NCBI GenBank assembly: GCA_002633005.1
Contig: NMRA01000760.1
Span: forward strand, 92,100 to 156,099
From: Phoronis australis
Lineage: Eukaryota > Animalia > Phoronida
Direction of reading: 5' to 3'
DNA: 64,000 nt
A program made the translations under genes and the position numbers. Below the pieces are notes generated by a model that did no database searches, was not told where the DNA came from, and was given only the letters and a program-made list of their open reading frames with translations. Below, one piece after another: positions 54,801 to 64,000 of the stretch; the first letter of the stretch is position 1, and each line of letters begins with the position of its first letter.

Positions 54801-57059
54801 TGTAGATTGCCAGGCAAGTCTAAAATCACTCATATTCGTGCAAAGTGAGCATGACAATACCTGGCAGCCACGCGATCCCGCCCAACAGGGTTGTCGACGG
54901 TCATTGGCTTAGCAGATTTTTTTTGTTGATAAATAGCTTCTGAACAAGTGTCGCAGAGTACTCAGCGGAGCTAAAAGTCGTGTAATTTTGTTCAACGTTG
55001 TGCATTTTATTTGTACTTCATTTCCGCCGATTCACTTTAGACAAGGCAAGGTCTCGCAACGCAACTGTTGGATACTTTGGTTATGTTTTTGACAAACCAG
55101 AGGTATCTGTACGTTTAGTGGTTCAAACTACAAAATTGGTGTAATACATTAAACAGCATGTTTATCGCGTAGACGGTGTAGCTGAACGTAGCACAAATCT
55201 GTTAGTCTATCTACCATCGGAACCTTTGATTGTTGTGGGCTCATTAGTTTTTCGGTTGTGCTAAAATGATAAACGAAAACCAGAATTGCCACATTTATTA
55301 CAATGTGTAATGCTTTTCAGCTGACGGTGACAAAGCGTTATGACATCGCTTTTCTGGAGCAAGTGGGGTACGTTTGATGGTCGCCAGGGGAAAATATTGA
55401 CGAACAAGCTACTTAAGTGGTAATTATTATGAATCATCATAACGATACCTTCTGATTTAATTACTAAAAATATCGAGAACTATACTCATTAACGATACCA
55501 ATATTAAAAAATACGGTAATGATAAGTGATCAGTTGGTGACGGGCAATCCAAAATATCGCCAATCAGACCTTTTGGATGTTTATGGCGATGGTGTGACGT
55601 CATCACATTCTAATTTTTGGCGACGAGTTGAGGCGTACATGTATGCCCATCTGTGTTCTGGCTGTGAATAAAATGTTGGGTATAAAGTGGATTGTGTCCG
55701 TAAGCACATGGTGCTCGCGGGAGAGTGTGTACGGTGAGAGTATGTCGTAAACAATATTTGATAGTTTTACTCTGCTCTTCATCAATGAATCCACCGCTTG
55801 AAGAACTTATAAAGTCACCCATGTGTGTCCACAAATTGCCGTTGCCCGCGTTTTGGACAATACCTGACATGAATGTTTTATGCCCTTCTGACAATAAACT
55901 CACTCATTGTGATTTTTATTATAAATAATGCAAACATGGATTGAGATCAGAGCAGCTGTGCACCAGATTACTAATAGCATTCTTCCCCTTTGTCAGCAGA
56001 AAGCATGCGCGCACCCAGCGTTCGATATGGGGGGGCTCGAATTCCCGACGTTGTGGACCATTTGCTAACAANCCGGGGCCGGACCTTTTTGCCCACTTTG
56101 CCAATTGGGGGGGAGGGGCTCGTTCCAGCCCCTCGAGCCCCCCCCCCGAGTGGGGGCATGGAAAGTGGGAAATTCTTGACAATTAATTCCCCATTAGCGA
56201 AAAAATTATTTAAGTTTTTGCAGATTTGATCTTGAGCAAAAATTCTAACCCTGAATGCAGAAGGTATACTTTTCTGTGATCCGTGGTAATCAAATTATGA
56301 AACAACTTAACCTCCTGTTTTGTAACGCTAGGACGTCGCTAAAAAGCACGACTTCGCGAGATTGCCGTGAGATATTGCTCTGTATTTTAAGTGAGAGCAC
56401 GTGATTTTGGACAGATTTCAGCTAGATCCTACTGTAGGTTTTAGCGCTACTGAACGCACGTCTGGTGTAATGATCTGTGTTGTGAAGTTTCTTCTGATTC
56501 TTTTTAAGAACATCTCAGTTCCAGTGAAACGAGTAAACGGAGTCGACTGAGAGAATGGAGTCGACTAAATAAACTGAGTTTTATTGTCAGTAGGTCAACC
56601 AAGGTGAGTGACAGTACCCGAAACGCGTCACACATTTGTTCTCATTTTACCCATTCTTTGCTTTTGCCACCATTTGAGGTTAACACACCATGACAGAGGG
56701 TTCAAATTTGGTACAATACACTGCTTTAGTCTATTGTAACAATGCGTTGCCCACTTTCGTATTGTAGTGCTCAAAATGGCTAGTTTGTCCAAATAGCAAT
56801 AAAGGTACTTTCACTGGGGTCAGTTATTATCAAAAGAATCATTTAAGGACTTCAACCTGAATACGATGTCTCACGTGACTTTGCACGAAAATGTTTAGAT
56901 TGAAAGCTGACTTCGCGTCAGCCGCGAACTTGTCAAAACCATTCAGTCCAGCACAAGTATCTGCACTGCTTGTGCGGGAGAGATATTGTCAATTAGCATA
57001 TTTATGCACCCACATATCTATATATTTTATATATTCATGCATTTGTATGCTTGTGTGTG

Positions 57060-57090
<31 letters not shown>

Positions 57091-60000
57091 CCGTCATAGT
57101 CACTGAATCCGTCCCTCCGCCCTTTCGTCCATCCGTCCGAGGTCCGTCTACAAAATCCCGTAATAGAAGTTTGTGATATTTTACAAATATGTTCTGTCTT
57201 ATCGTTTATGACTCGGAGACGACATGAGCGAATATAGTTCGGACGTATCCGACAACCGCAGTGCCCCTTAGTGGAAACTTTCATAACATATATGGCACTG
57301 AAATAGGGTATTTATAAAGAGACGGCATCGCCTTGTCGTTTGCGGAAGGATTCGACACCTGACGATGATTTTCGGACGGTTCTTACTGCCGTTACGCCTC
57401 CTAGTGGCAGTTTTGCTTTTTTGTATGTCCTTAATTTCTTGCAGAAACTTTGTGTTATACTTGGCAAGTGCATTTCTCAACAAAGGGGCAACAGATGACG
57501 ACGACATTCGGACCGATTCGACTACCGACCACTGTGAAGTGTTTTTTATTTGTTTTACGTTTTCCTACCAGAATGCGACGTTATGTTTTCTGGCCAAAAA
57601 TCGGTTGAATATATCTAAATATTCCACCTTGCCATAACATGAAGTGGAAATGCACATTCTATTCTGGTCCGAGCTAGTGAACCCTGGCTTCATTGGCCGA
57701 ATGAGCCTAACCTAAAGCCACAGTTTTGGGCCACTTACCGTCACGAATTAGGTCTCAGATTCCCTTAGTCAAAATAATTGTGACCTGAAATTTCACGAAT
57801 TTGGTCTGAAGAAAAGACACTTGGTGCCGGACTGACCTTCCACTCGTATGGTTCCCGACCCCGCCAGAACAAGGGGCACAAGTGTTAGGTCAATTTCAAT
57901 AACCGTAATTAGCCTACAAATCAAAGCTATTTGGTTTTTGTATTACATTTTAATTGCGGAGCTGGGTGCATTGATCGCGGTATTGAAAAACTTGTTTTGG
58001 ATTCAAAGCGGGCAGATCAGACGGTGGAAGAACGTTGACGTGTGAGTGTTTAACGTCATGTGGCCCAGTCAGAAGGCAAGTGAATGCAGTCTAAGGTTAC
58101 CTTGGATAGAGATCACGGCTTTCAAACACGAATCACTGACCCTGTCTCCGGTGCATGCTAAGCTTCGTCAGTTTTAATAGTCAGCATGACTCCGGCGAAA
58201 GCGTGATCAGGATGTAAACAGGCACAAGTACTCGCCGCTACCGATAATAATAAATTGATGTGAATACAAAGACGAACAACATTATTTGTAAAACCGAACA
58301 AGCAGTCCAAGCTATGAGCGTGTGCATGGCGCTGAACGTATTTGTGGTCATTTTGGTTTTATTTGCCCATTTTATGTTCATCTTTTTATCTTTTACTCAC
58401 ACAAAAGTGTCAATAGCAAATCAAGATAAGATTTGGTGGCAGAGTACGGCACGTCAGTGGTCGCATGGCAGGGGTGAAAGTTGCTTTGTGTATGTACATG
58501 TCAATGTGTGTTCGAACGTTTATACCGATGTAATGCTCAAACTCAAAAATCAACTAGCTGCCTCATAACGATTTGTTGTGTTTAAATAGACAGTGGAGAA
58601 AAGGGAAGCTCAATAGTGTCACTTTTGAAGTGAAGAAATATATTTTATTATCTAGCAGCCGCCACACAATTACATACGGCGGCCGCCCGGTAATAAAATA
58701 TTTTCTTCACTTCAAAGTGGAACTATTGGGGTTCGATAAAGGAAAGTCACTTGGTGTTAAAACTTTGTTTTTCTTTTGTAAAATGGCAATGGAGCTGCAT
58801 CCGGCGGTGCGAATGCAACGTCACACTCCATAGAGCACTTCGATGTCACTTTGTAGCTGTGCGACTTNNNNNNNNNNNNNNNNNNNNNNNNNNNNNNNNN
58901 NNNNNNNNNNNNNNNNNNNNNNNNNNNNNNNNNNNNNNNNNNNNNNNNNNNNNNNNNNNNNNNNNNNNNNNNNNNNNNNNNNNNNNNNNNNNNNNNNNNN
59001 NNNNNNNNNNNNNNNNNNNNNNNNNNNNNNNNNNNNNNNNNNGGGGGGAGGAGGGTGGGTGTGGCATTGGCTATTCAAAACTTTTCAGACAAGACCAGTA
59101 GTTATACACGTCAAGTGAATAGTTAGGCCAGATTATCTTCAGGAATGGAATTTGCGCCAGCAAACGTTAGAAATCTTGCCCAGAAGTCCTTCCAAAGTTA
59201 AAAAAAGTGTCAAATGCTGAAACGTGGGAAAACTTGGAGTCGACAGACCTGCGCTTCATGGCTTTGCTACATGTAAATGTGTCAGTATCGCAATGGGTGA
59301 TACTGCATATGTTCTCGATTCATTTGAATTTACCTTTGCATCAAAGATATCAATTCCGAGAATTCGCTCATCCTGGTGACTCTTTTACGTCCTCTCAATG
59401 CAAAAGTCTCCCACCCTCGTCGCCAAAACTGTTGTGTTGCCATGTGAGCCAAAGACAACAGGCATGCGCGCACACAGCCTAAAAATGAGGGGCTCTAAGA
59501 TTCACAAGTTACGTTCAGACCTATGAATTGTGCGGACCTTTTTGCCCTCTTCACCAAATGGGCGGGGGCGGGGTGGTAAGCAGTGCCAGTTGAAAGCGTC
59601 CAGTGCTGGAAACTCAAATGCCCGTCAATTTCATATTCTCAGGCGCGTAACGTCACAGGTTATGATATTCATTAGGGCAGCCCAACGTCAAATAAAAATG
59701 AAGTTTTATGAGTTTGGGGAAAGACAATTATCTGGTTAATGGAGTAAGGCGACTACAAACACACCTACCTTAAAAGCCGGTCTATTTAGGCCACATACCC
59801 TTACCAAACTGGTCTAAATTGTTTAGTAGACAAACCGGAGTGATTTCAGTACTTGAAAAGAACTGGTAATTGGTTATTGCTTGAGGTCAGGCTGTACAAG
59901 TTGACTTGTCACTGCGTGCAGTTTGATTCTAGGGCCGCTGAGCACGGCCTCAGCGAGTAACGAAGTTTCAGCAAATCTTTGCAAACCGTGGAACTATCTG

Positions 60001-60283
60001 ATCAAGAGGCAAATTTTATAGCAGCAAGTTGTCCTACCTAAAAGCTCGCTTCTCACAGAACGTTTAAGTTACTATAGTTGAATATCTTTCTGGTTGGTTA
60101 CTTCTTCTGGCTGGTTATTTCTTACTCAACAATTTTAAATCCCAGTTCAAAAATTAAACAATGTAAAAGTGGAGAGAATAAAGCAGGTAGTGGAAAGATT
60201 ACTCACTTTTTGATTGAAATTCCAGCTTCTTTCATCGGATCTAAGATACGATCTTGTAAATTCTTCAAACGTCCCGGTGGCAT
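3756..60283 (-). CDS. VGLUT: Vesicular glutamate transporter (SLC17 family, MFS); 13 coding exons, 1785 nt, 594 aa
   Basis: Manually spliced exons are all phase-compatible and contain VGLUT signatures: [155 protein letters not shown]. Confidence 0.95.
4300..6139 (-). pseudogene. Highly degenerate coding-like segment, probably an old DNA-transposon ORF
   Basis: Starts AAAATGGCCGCC, is more GC-balanced than the flanks, and gives broken Cys/His-rich peptides ([19 protein letters not shown]). Many stops. Confidence 0.3.
6648..6822. mobile_element. MITE with CACTGGCGTAGCCA TIRs
   Basis: Perfect 14-bp terminal inverted repeats. Confidence 0.75.
7150..10402 (+). mobile_element. Degenerate near-full-length non-LTR retrotransposon with restriction-like endonuclease (HERO-like clade)
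   Basis: N-terminal Zn finger CEGC..H....C; RT motifs [43 protein letters not shown]; CCHC knuckle CRFC..H.LSDC; RLE LRPDVVL...LTVAWEE...AHERK..RY. ORF ends about 10149, then a 3' UTR and short A tract. Frameshifts and stops are present. Antisense to VGLUT, in its last intron. Boundaries approximate. Confidence 0.9.
10175..10307 (+). ncRNA. Putative pseudoknotted/permuted hammerhead ribozyme in the retrotransposon 3' UTR
   Basis: CTGATGA (10283-89), GAAA (10256-59) and ATC (10237-39), with stem I (ctgagc/gctcag) and stem III (gagat/atctt) in exact register around the core, plus three further helices. Confidence 0.6.
12220..12331. mobile_element. Partial CATGCGCGCAC-family MITE
   Basis: Ends gggtgcgcgcatg; body is the reverse complement of the start of the 42313 copy. 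Confidence 0.7.
12945..13137 (-). CDS. VGLUT: VGLUT exon 12 (TAEEWQKVF...ASGEKQPWA...EEKINPK)
   Basis: Acceptor tttcag; donor G|gtatta (phase 1). Read-through of this donor would stop at 12877. Confidence 0.9.
13200..13410 (+). mobile_element. RTE-clade LINE 3' ORF fragment
   Basis: Broken peptides [30 protein letters not shown] and GGPIQNW*RTV match the RTE C-terminal pattern (W.GHTLR...RGRP..TW.RT). Confidence 0.6.
13941..14596. mobile_element. CAGTGGCGGA-type MITE spanning an assembly gap
   Basis: TIRs cagtggcgga / tccgcctatg flanked by a duplicated TAATGT; G/C-run palindrome near the right end. Confidence 0.65.
13967..14429. other. Assembly gap
   Basis: Run of N. Confidence 1.
15401..15528 (-). 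CDS. VGLUT: VGLUT exon 11 ([15 protein letters not shown]...LTKNG)
   Basis: Acceptor tgcag, donor gtaagt. Confidence 0.96.
16032..16142 (-). CDS. VGLUT: VGLUT exon 10 ([12 protein letters not shown]...GFSGFAIS)
   Basis: Acceptor tgcag, donor gtaatt. Confidence 0.95.
18350..18482 (-). CDS. VGLUT: VGLUT exon 9 ([12 protein letters not shown]...VRKIFNCG)
   Basis: Acceptor cacag, donor gtaaga. Confidence 0.95.
19950..20099 (-). CDS. VGLUT: VGLUT exon 8 ([10 protein letters not shown]...RSWTFY...GDISQ)
   Basis: Acceptor tacag, donor gtacgt; contains the conserved Arg of RSWTFY. Confidence 0.95.
21583..21980. repeat. Long imperfect palindrome (foldback element), ~190-bp arms
   Basis: gaagacac...gaatgagtgaaatgaacatat, a ~20-nt loop, then atatgttcatttcactcatt...gtgtcttc. 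Confidence 0.9.
22478..22614 (-). CDS. VGLUT: VGLUT exon 7 (GAFGIMWF...[25 protein letters not shown])
   Basis: Acceptor ttttag, donor gtgaat; H..IS..E..YIE.S.G motif. Confidence 0.95.
23058..23144 (-). CDS. VGLUT: VGLUT exon 6 ([13 protein letters not shown]...CFFFY)
   Basis: Acceptor ttttag, donor gtagga; phase 1 at both ends. Confidence 0.95.
23600..23755. repeat. Degenerate (CCGTGGTTGTCGT)-type minisatellite
   Basis: Repeated ccgtggttgt/gtcgt units. Confidence 0.8.
24607..24694 (-). CDS. VGLUT: VGLUT exon 5 ([29 protein letters not shown])
   Basis: Acceptor cacag, donor gtgagt; hallmark motif. Confidence 0.96.
25344..25458 (-). CDS. VGLUT: VGLUT exon 4 ([10 protein letters not shown]...RIIQGLVE), GC donor
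   Basis: Acceptor tttcag; ends GAG|GCAAGT exactly at the conserved QGLVE/GVTYP junction. Confidence 0.92.
25600..25955. repeat. Compound trinucleotide microsatellite (GAT/GTT/GGT)
   Basis: Visible (gat)n, (gtt)n and (ggt)n runs. Confidence 0.95.
26000..26118 (-). CDS. VGLUT: VGLUT exon 3 (RPEFNWTPQ...ASRLPAN)
   Basis: Acceptor tttcag, donor gtaagc; SFFWGY..TQIPGG motif. Confidence 0.95.
26188..26645. repeat. 42-bp minisatellite, ~5 units, first unit interrupted by the MITE
   Basis: Unit atgtagccctaacactgtatatagcgacaggttgccttcaag. Confidence 0.92.
26219..26457. mobile_element. MITE (same family as 1622-1856) with 5-bp TSD ATACC
   Basis: TIRs cagaggcggatctac / gtagttctgccactg; ATACC on both sides. 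Confidence 0.85.
26954..27139. mobile_element. MITE-like element with ~45-bp imperfect TIRs
   Basis: cacctcgggtagtttcg..ctcaattttcccct..gttgaacg versus cgttcacc..agggaaaatttgag..cgaaaatactcgaggtg. Confidence 0.6.
30909..31072. mobile_element. CAGTGGCGGA-type MITE with 5-bp TSD GGTGA
   Basis: Termini cacgggtggat / atccgccactg; GGTGA on both sides. Confidence 0.75.
32617..32929 (-). CDS. VGLUT: VGLUT exon 2 ([12 protein letters not shown]...[18 protein letters not shown]...MLGIKEK)
   Basis: Acceptor ttttag, donor gtagga; TM1 motif [11 protein letters not shown]. Confidence 0.93.
33806..33917. repeat. Perfect 27-bp tandem repeat x4
   Basis: (cttcaaaacactgttaggaatgttcca)4 followed by cttc. Confidence 0.97.
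37780..37847 (-). CDS. VGLUT: Candidate alternative VGLUT first exon ([22 protein letters not shown], phase 2)
   Basis: ATG, 22 codons plus CC, then a consensus GTAAGT donor in phase with exon 2. No recognisable homology. Confidence 0.35.
42313..42567. mobile_element. CATGCGCGCACCC-family MITE with 5-bp TSD CATTG
   Basis: Perfect 13-bp TIRs; CATTG duplicated. Confidence 0.85.
46590..46790. repeat. Degenerate (GAT/GAC)n microsatellite
   Basis: gatgacgacg-type runs. Confidence 0.9.
48880..49255. mobile_element. TTAA-targeting MITE (Kolobok-like AG termini) nested in an inverted copy of its own family (48666-49397)
   Basis: TTAA|AGCTTATCTTCAACGG ... CCGCTGAAGTTAAGCT|TTAA; its body is the reverse complement of the joined flanks. 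Confidence 0.7.
50704..50841. repeat. 69-bp tandem duplication
   Basis: atgaacgccgacgtggtg...ctcctgagtccat twice, with a few substitutions. Confidence 0.9.
52134..53724 (+). mobile_element. 5'-truncated HERO-like non-LTR retrotransposon (RT/thumb region), copy A
   Basis: [57 protein letters not shown]. Same clade as 7150-10402 but a divergent family. Frameshifted. Confidence 0.9.
53876..54820 (+). mobile_element. Second, 3'-truncated copy (B) of the same HERO-like fragment
   Basis: Near-identical to copy A, including the ~150-bp upstream flank; has FMDDMT; diverges after gccaggcaagt. Confidence 0.9.
56004..56160. mobile_element. CATGCGCGCAC-family MITE with 5-bp TSD GAAAG
   Basis: gaaag|catgcgcgcaccc ... 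gggggcatg|gaaag. Confidence 0.8.
57052..57090. repeat. (GT)n-(GCGT)n microsatellite
   Basis: Directly visible. Confidence 0.95.
58868..59042. other. Assembly gap
   Basis: Run of N. Confidence 1.
59463..59575. mobile_element. Degenerate partial CATGCGCGCAC-family MITE
   Basis: catgcgcgcacacagcc...ggggctc...ggacctttttgccc, similar to the 56004 copy. Confidence 0.55.
60207..60283 (-). CDS. VGLUT: VGLUT coding exon 1 ([25 protein letters not shown], phase 2)
   Basis: ATG, 25 codons plus AA, then a GTGAGT donor. Phase 2 fits the exon-2 acceptor. The peptide resembles the vertebrate VGLUT2/3 N-terminal RIL.P.KE motif. Confidence 0.8.
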
Positions 60284-60439
60284 TGTTATCGTTGCAGTTG
60301 TGAATACCTATGGGTCAGTGGGTTGACTAAAAAGTTCGTCTCCGCCAGTGCGTTATTCACACAAGTTGTTTTGTTGCTCTTGTCAAAGCTGCCGATCGTT
60401 TGTCAGTAATCTCGAAGCCTTCTGAGCCGTTCCTATTGG

Positions 60440-60660
60440 ATGACAGGTTGTTGGAGTAAACGGACGGAGGATTAATAAGCGCGCGTGATATCTTAGCAAA
60501 TGCTGAATTATTGAGGCGCTGTATATTGAAGCTATTTTCCGGTTGACGGAGGATACACGTAATCCAGCAAAATCGCTAAAGATTATGAATATTTAATGCA
60601 CGCTTCGTCAGGGGCGAATCCTCAGGGTGCATTAACAAATTAAATTTACGCGCACAGAAT
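60440..60660 (-). promoter_or_regulatory. Putative VGLUT proximal promoter
   Basis: Non-repetitive DNA just upstream of exon 1 with clustered homeodomain-type cores (GGATTA, TAATCC, TAATT, ATGAATATTTAATGCA). Confidence 0.35.
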
Positions 60661-63169
60661 ATCAGCTTAGTGGTAATCTTTCGAGCCTCTCACCAGTTCG
60701 TCAGTTCCAATATTTTAGTGCCGAACATAAGTTAACAGTGTTTTTATAACTCAAACTAAATACACAAATAACCGCAAGTCAGAATCCATATATTTTATTC
60801 ATTAAAGCGGATGTGTGATACGATATTCACAACTTAACGCATTTGAATAATATATTTGTTTGTACAGGGTGATCTTGTCATGACGTTATTTATCGATCAG
60901 ACGGTGAAACGACGCAAGTGCCATCTTTTATATTCATGTTCGAGTCCCTATTCAAATGGATTACACACGAATGTTTGTGAATTCAGAACACTAACACAGT
61001 CATCGAGAGTGCGGTAACCCAAGCAACACCAATGAAGTATGAGTTGAGTTTGTTGACAAATTCAATATTCCACATCATTCAAGAAGATATTTATGGTAAA
61101 ACTATTTGTTTTGGATGTTCAGATGCATTCCATTGAGGCACACTGGCGTCACTCTCACTTACCTGCGTGTGTAGGCCTATGTATAGATAAATACATTTTT
61201 GGAACTTGGACATATTAATTTTATTCAGACTCTCGTCAAAGACATATCTTTAGAGACACTGACTGGTTTAAAATTAGCTAATAACTCGACTTGTCAGAAA
61301 TTTCACGGTACTTCATTACTCAAATCTTGCACTTCCCACAAGAAACTGTAAAAAGACATTGCATAGGTGTCTGTGTTCATCAGAATCTTCAGTCCAACTT
61401 ATGCGAGACAAAGACGCACTTTAACTATTAACTAGCCCCTCGTAAAGTCCTCTGAAAAAACAGCACATCAAAAATAAATGTTGAAATATACATAGAAATA
61501 GGTTCCTTTTAAAGATCTCAGTGGAAAAATGGTGACATAGTAATCCGACTAGGGCCCAGTTGAAAGCGAATGTCCTGTGGCGTAACAGCCCAACTCACAC
61601 GGCAGTCCGACGCAATGAGATAAATTAAGCTCATTGGTTGCAAAGACGTTACTAACCCTCTCTACGGTCTCTGATCAGAAGCATAACTAGCTGTAGCGTT
61701 CTCTGGTGTCGCTAGTATAAACTAATAAAAGATGACCCGAGAGCCCTGGACAAACGCAAAAACATACTGAGATATATTGTCATTTCAAGACCAGAAGCAC
61801 GTGATCACGCTAGAGACCTATTGTATTTGATCACATTATAGGTTCATGTGGGAGATCCTTGGGTCTACCCAAGCTTCATTTACTACGTAAGCCAACACTT
61901 TCGTGTGTTATGCGGTCGCCAGCCGAGTAGAACGTCATTTTCCTGAAAATGCCCGAATTTGAATTACGTGACGCAAGAATCTGCTGTCGGAGACTAAGTA
62001 AGCCTTCAGACCAAGTTAACTTGGTCAGCTTACACGGTCCGACCTCGCAGAGCAAGAGGATACCTCAGATCAAATGGAGTTGCAATGTAACGTTGATATC
62101 TGAATTACAATAATGAATGCTTCTGCCAAATACGGCTTTTCTAAATAAGATTTCATTTTTATGAGCTTTTTATCGTTTTAGCTACCCGTGTGGCGTCAAA
62201 ATAAATCCGGCCAACAAAAACCTTTATTTTAATCCTTTGAGGCTTGGAACAAGACGCGGATAATATAGATTGGAGTAAGCGACTAAGTGAACCAACCTGG
62301 CCTCTGGATTGGAACCGCACCGAAGTGCACAATACGACAAATCAAACAATTAGATTTCATTTTCATCTGTCTTCCTCTAGAGAGTTATCAACCAAATTTC
62401 GTGGCAGAACGGGGGGGGGGGGGNGACCCCTTTTTCTTCAAACACCGTTTCTTCACCGGACAACACCTAATTCATTAGCAACGCCAACTAAAGGTCTCAT
62501 CGATGGAGTCTTTAAAATATCTGTATGTAAACACTCAGACGCTATTTGCAGCTCCGTCAAAATCCAAAGTTTCTTCTAATTTTTACTTGCCTGACTACCA
62601 GGTGAGGAGGTCCACTGTAGACACTTGGCGTCAATGAAAAGTAATTAATTTCAAGACAAATGTACCTAGCAGCTTTAAAAATAATTAATAAATAAAAACG
62701 TGCAGCCGAGCGGTGCAACCCCGGTCCAGTCAAGTCCAGTGGACTGTACAAGAAAATTTAACCGTTTTAAAAAGCACGGTAAAGGGGAGCAGACCTTTGA
62801 AAAGTTTTACAGAAAAAGGCCCTATTTAATTCTAAGAGGCGTTACATGATGACTGAAATTGCTGAAGATCCGATCAAGTGAACACGCAAGCAAAACGTTC
62901 AGCATTTAATTAAAGATTCATAATTTGCTGAGATGTATTCCAGAGATACATAAATGGGCTGTAACTTAAAAGCGAGCCTTGCAGTTATCTCTAATATATC
63001 ATTACCAAAGTTTCAAGTACCGGTTGGAAACAGCTGGGTGCCTCCGTCCGCGGAGTATTAAACCCGAAAGTTTAGTACTGAGTGCTGTTGCCAGTGAACT
63101 ATGTTGAAAGGCTGCATTAAGCACATGAATGAAATTTCGTGTAAAACTATGGGCAGCGAAAAGGTTCAA

Positions 63170-63440
63170 AATAGACAACACTGCCAAATAAACAAGTGGT
63201 TTGACAAACAGACAAGTGGTTTGCTAAACAGACAAGTGATTCGTCAAATAAACAGGTCAAGAATGCTATGGTTTTCCAAACAGACAAGACAACTTTGCAG
63301 ATTCTGTCGGATTAACAAGTGCCTACTGTTGAACGAACAAGTAAGTTGGCAAATGATTAAGTAGGTTACCGAACAGACAAGTAACCTGATAGGCTCAACT
63401 TGTCGAACAGACAAGTCATTTGTTAAACGAACAAGACAAG
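63170..63440. repeat. Array of ACAGACAAGT-like motifs at ~20-bp spacing
   Basis: About ten degenerate motif copies with variable linkers. Confidence 0.7.
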
Positions 63441-64000
63441 CACGGCAAATGAACAGAGGGCGCTACTTGAAAACGAATGACGTCACGGAGTCTCAATCTG
63501 ACTCAGTGATCCCCGAACCTGCATTATGGTATTTTTATTTTGGGATGAGACAAAAACTGCATGCTGCGGCTTTGCGCCATTGGACGTTTTGAAGCTGTAG
63601 CTGAAAGGTAAGATCATGACTATTTATTCTTCATTCTGTAGAATTTGCATTGCAAATTAATCAATATAATAGAGTAAAACAACAGCTTGTTAAGAAACAG
63701 CACCTTTCTTATTTTGTTTTTATTTTGGCAGACATTAACCTGGATAAGATAATACACATAAAGTTCTTTTTGTGATATTAAAGTCACTATTTCCTTTACT
63801 TTCGCCTGCTTAGATCACAAATTGAGCTTTGCCAATCGAAAGATATCACTAAAATTAACTCATTTCGTAAATTACAGCCATGTACATACTCTCGTTATTT
63901 TACTATTAATTTTTTTAAATTTGTAAAAAGTGGGCGGACCTTCAGCGAAACCTCATTATTTATGCGGGGTTGCCAGTGGAGAGATTACCCATAATGCACA

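Noticed and set aside
56595-56632. Penelope-type minimal hammerhead (ccGAAACGCGTCac)
   Set aside because: The GAAA-CGCG-UC half is present, but there is no CUGAnGA core upstream.
61550-61660. Possible twister-like or other structured RNA (TAACAGCCC, caatgag/ctcattg hairpin)
   Set aside because: Twister pseudoknot pairings and conserved core could not be assigned.

Overview
AT-rich, repeat-rich animal genomic DNA (probably a marine invertebrate; this is inferred from composition and repeat types). Almost the whole window is one minus-strand, 13-exon vesicular glutamate transporter gene (VGLUT / SLC17A6-8 / eat-4 family). Its CDS runs 60283 to 3756 and assembles in phase to 594 aa. It has one GC-AG intron, a ~27-kb first intron, a ~9-kb last intron and a possible alternative first exon. 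The introns carry a near-full-length degenerate HERO-type (restriction-like-endonuclease) non-LTR retrotransposon, a tandem pair of truncated copies of a related element, an RTE fragment, a SINE, MITEs with clean 5-bp or TTAA target duplications, foldbacks and minisatellites. The most unusual signal is in the HERO 3' UTR (10175-10307): a complete hammerhead-ribozyme core (CUGAUGA, GAAA, AUC) in a permuted, pseudoknotted strand order that fits none of the type I/II/III topologies.
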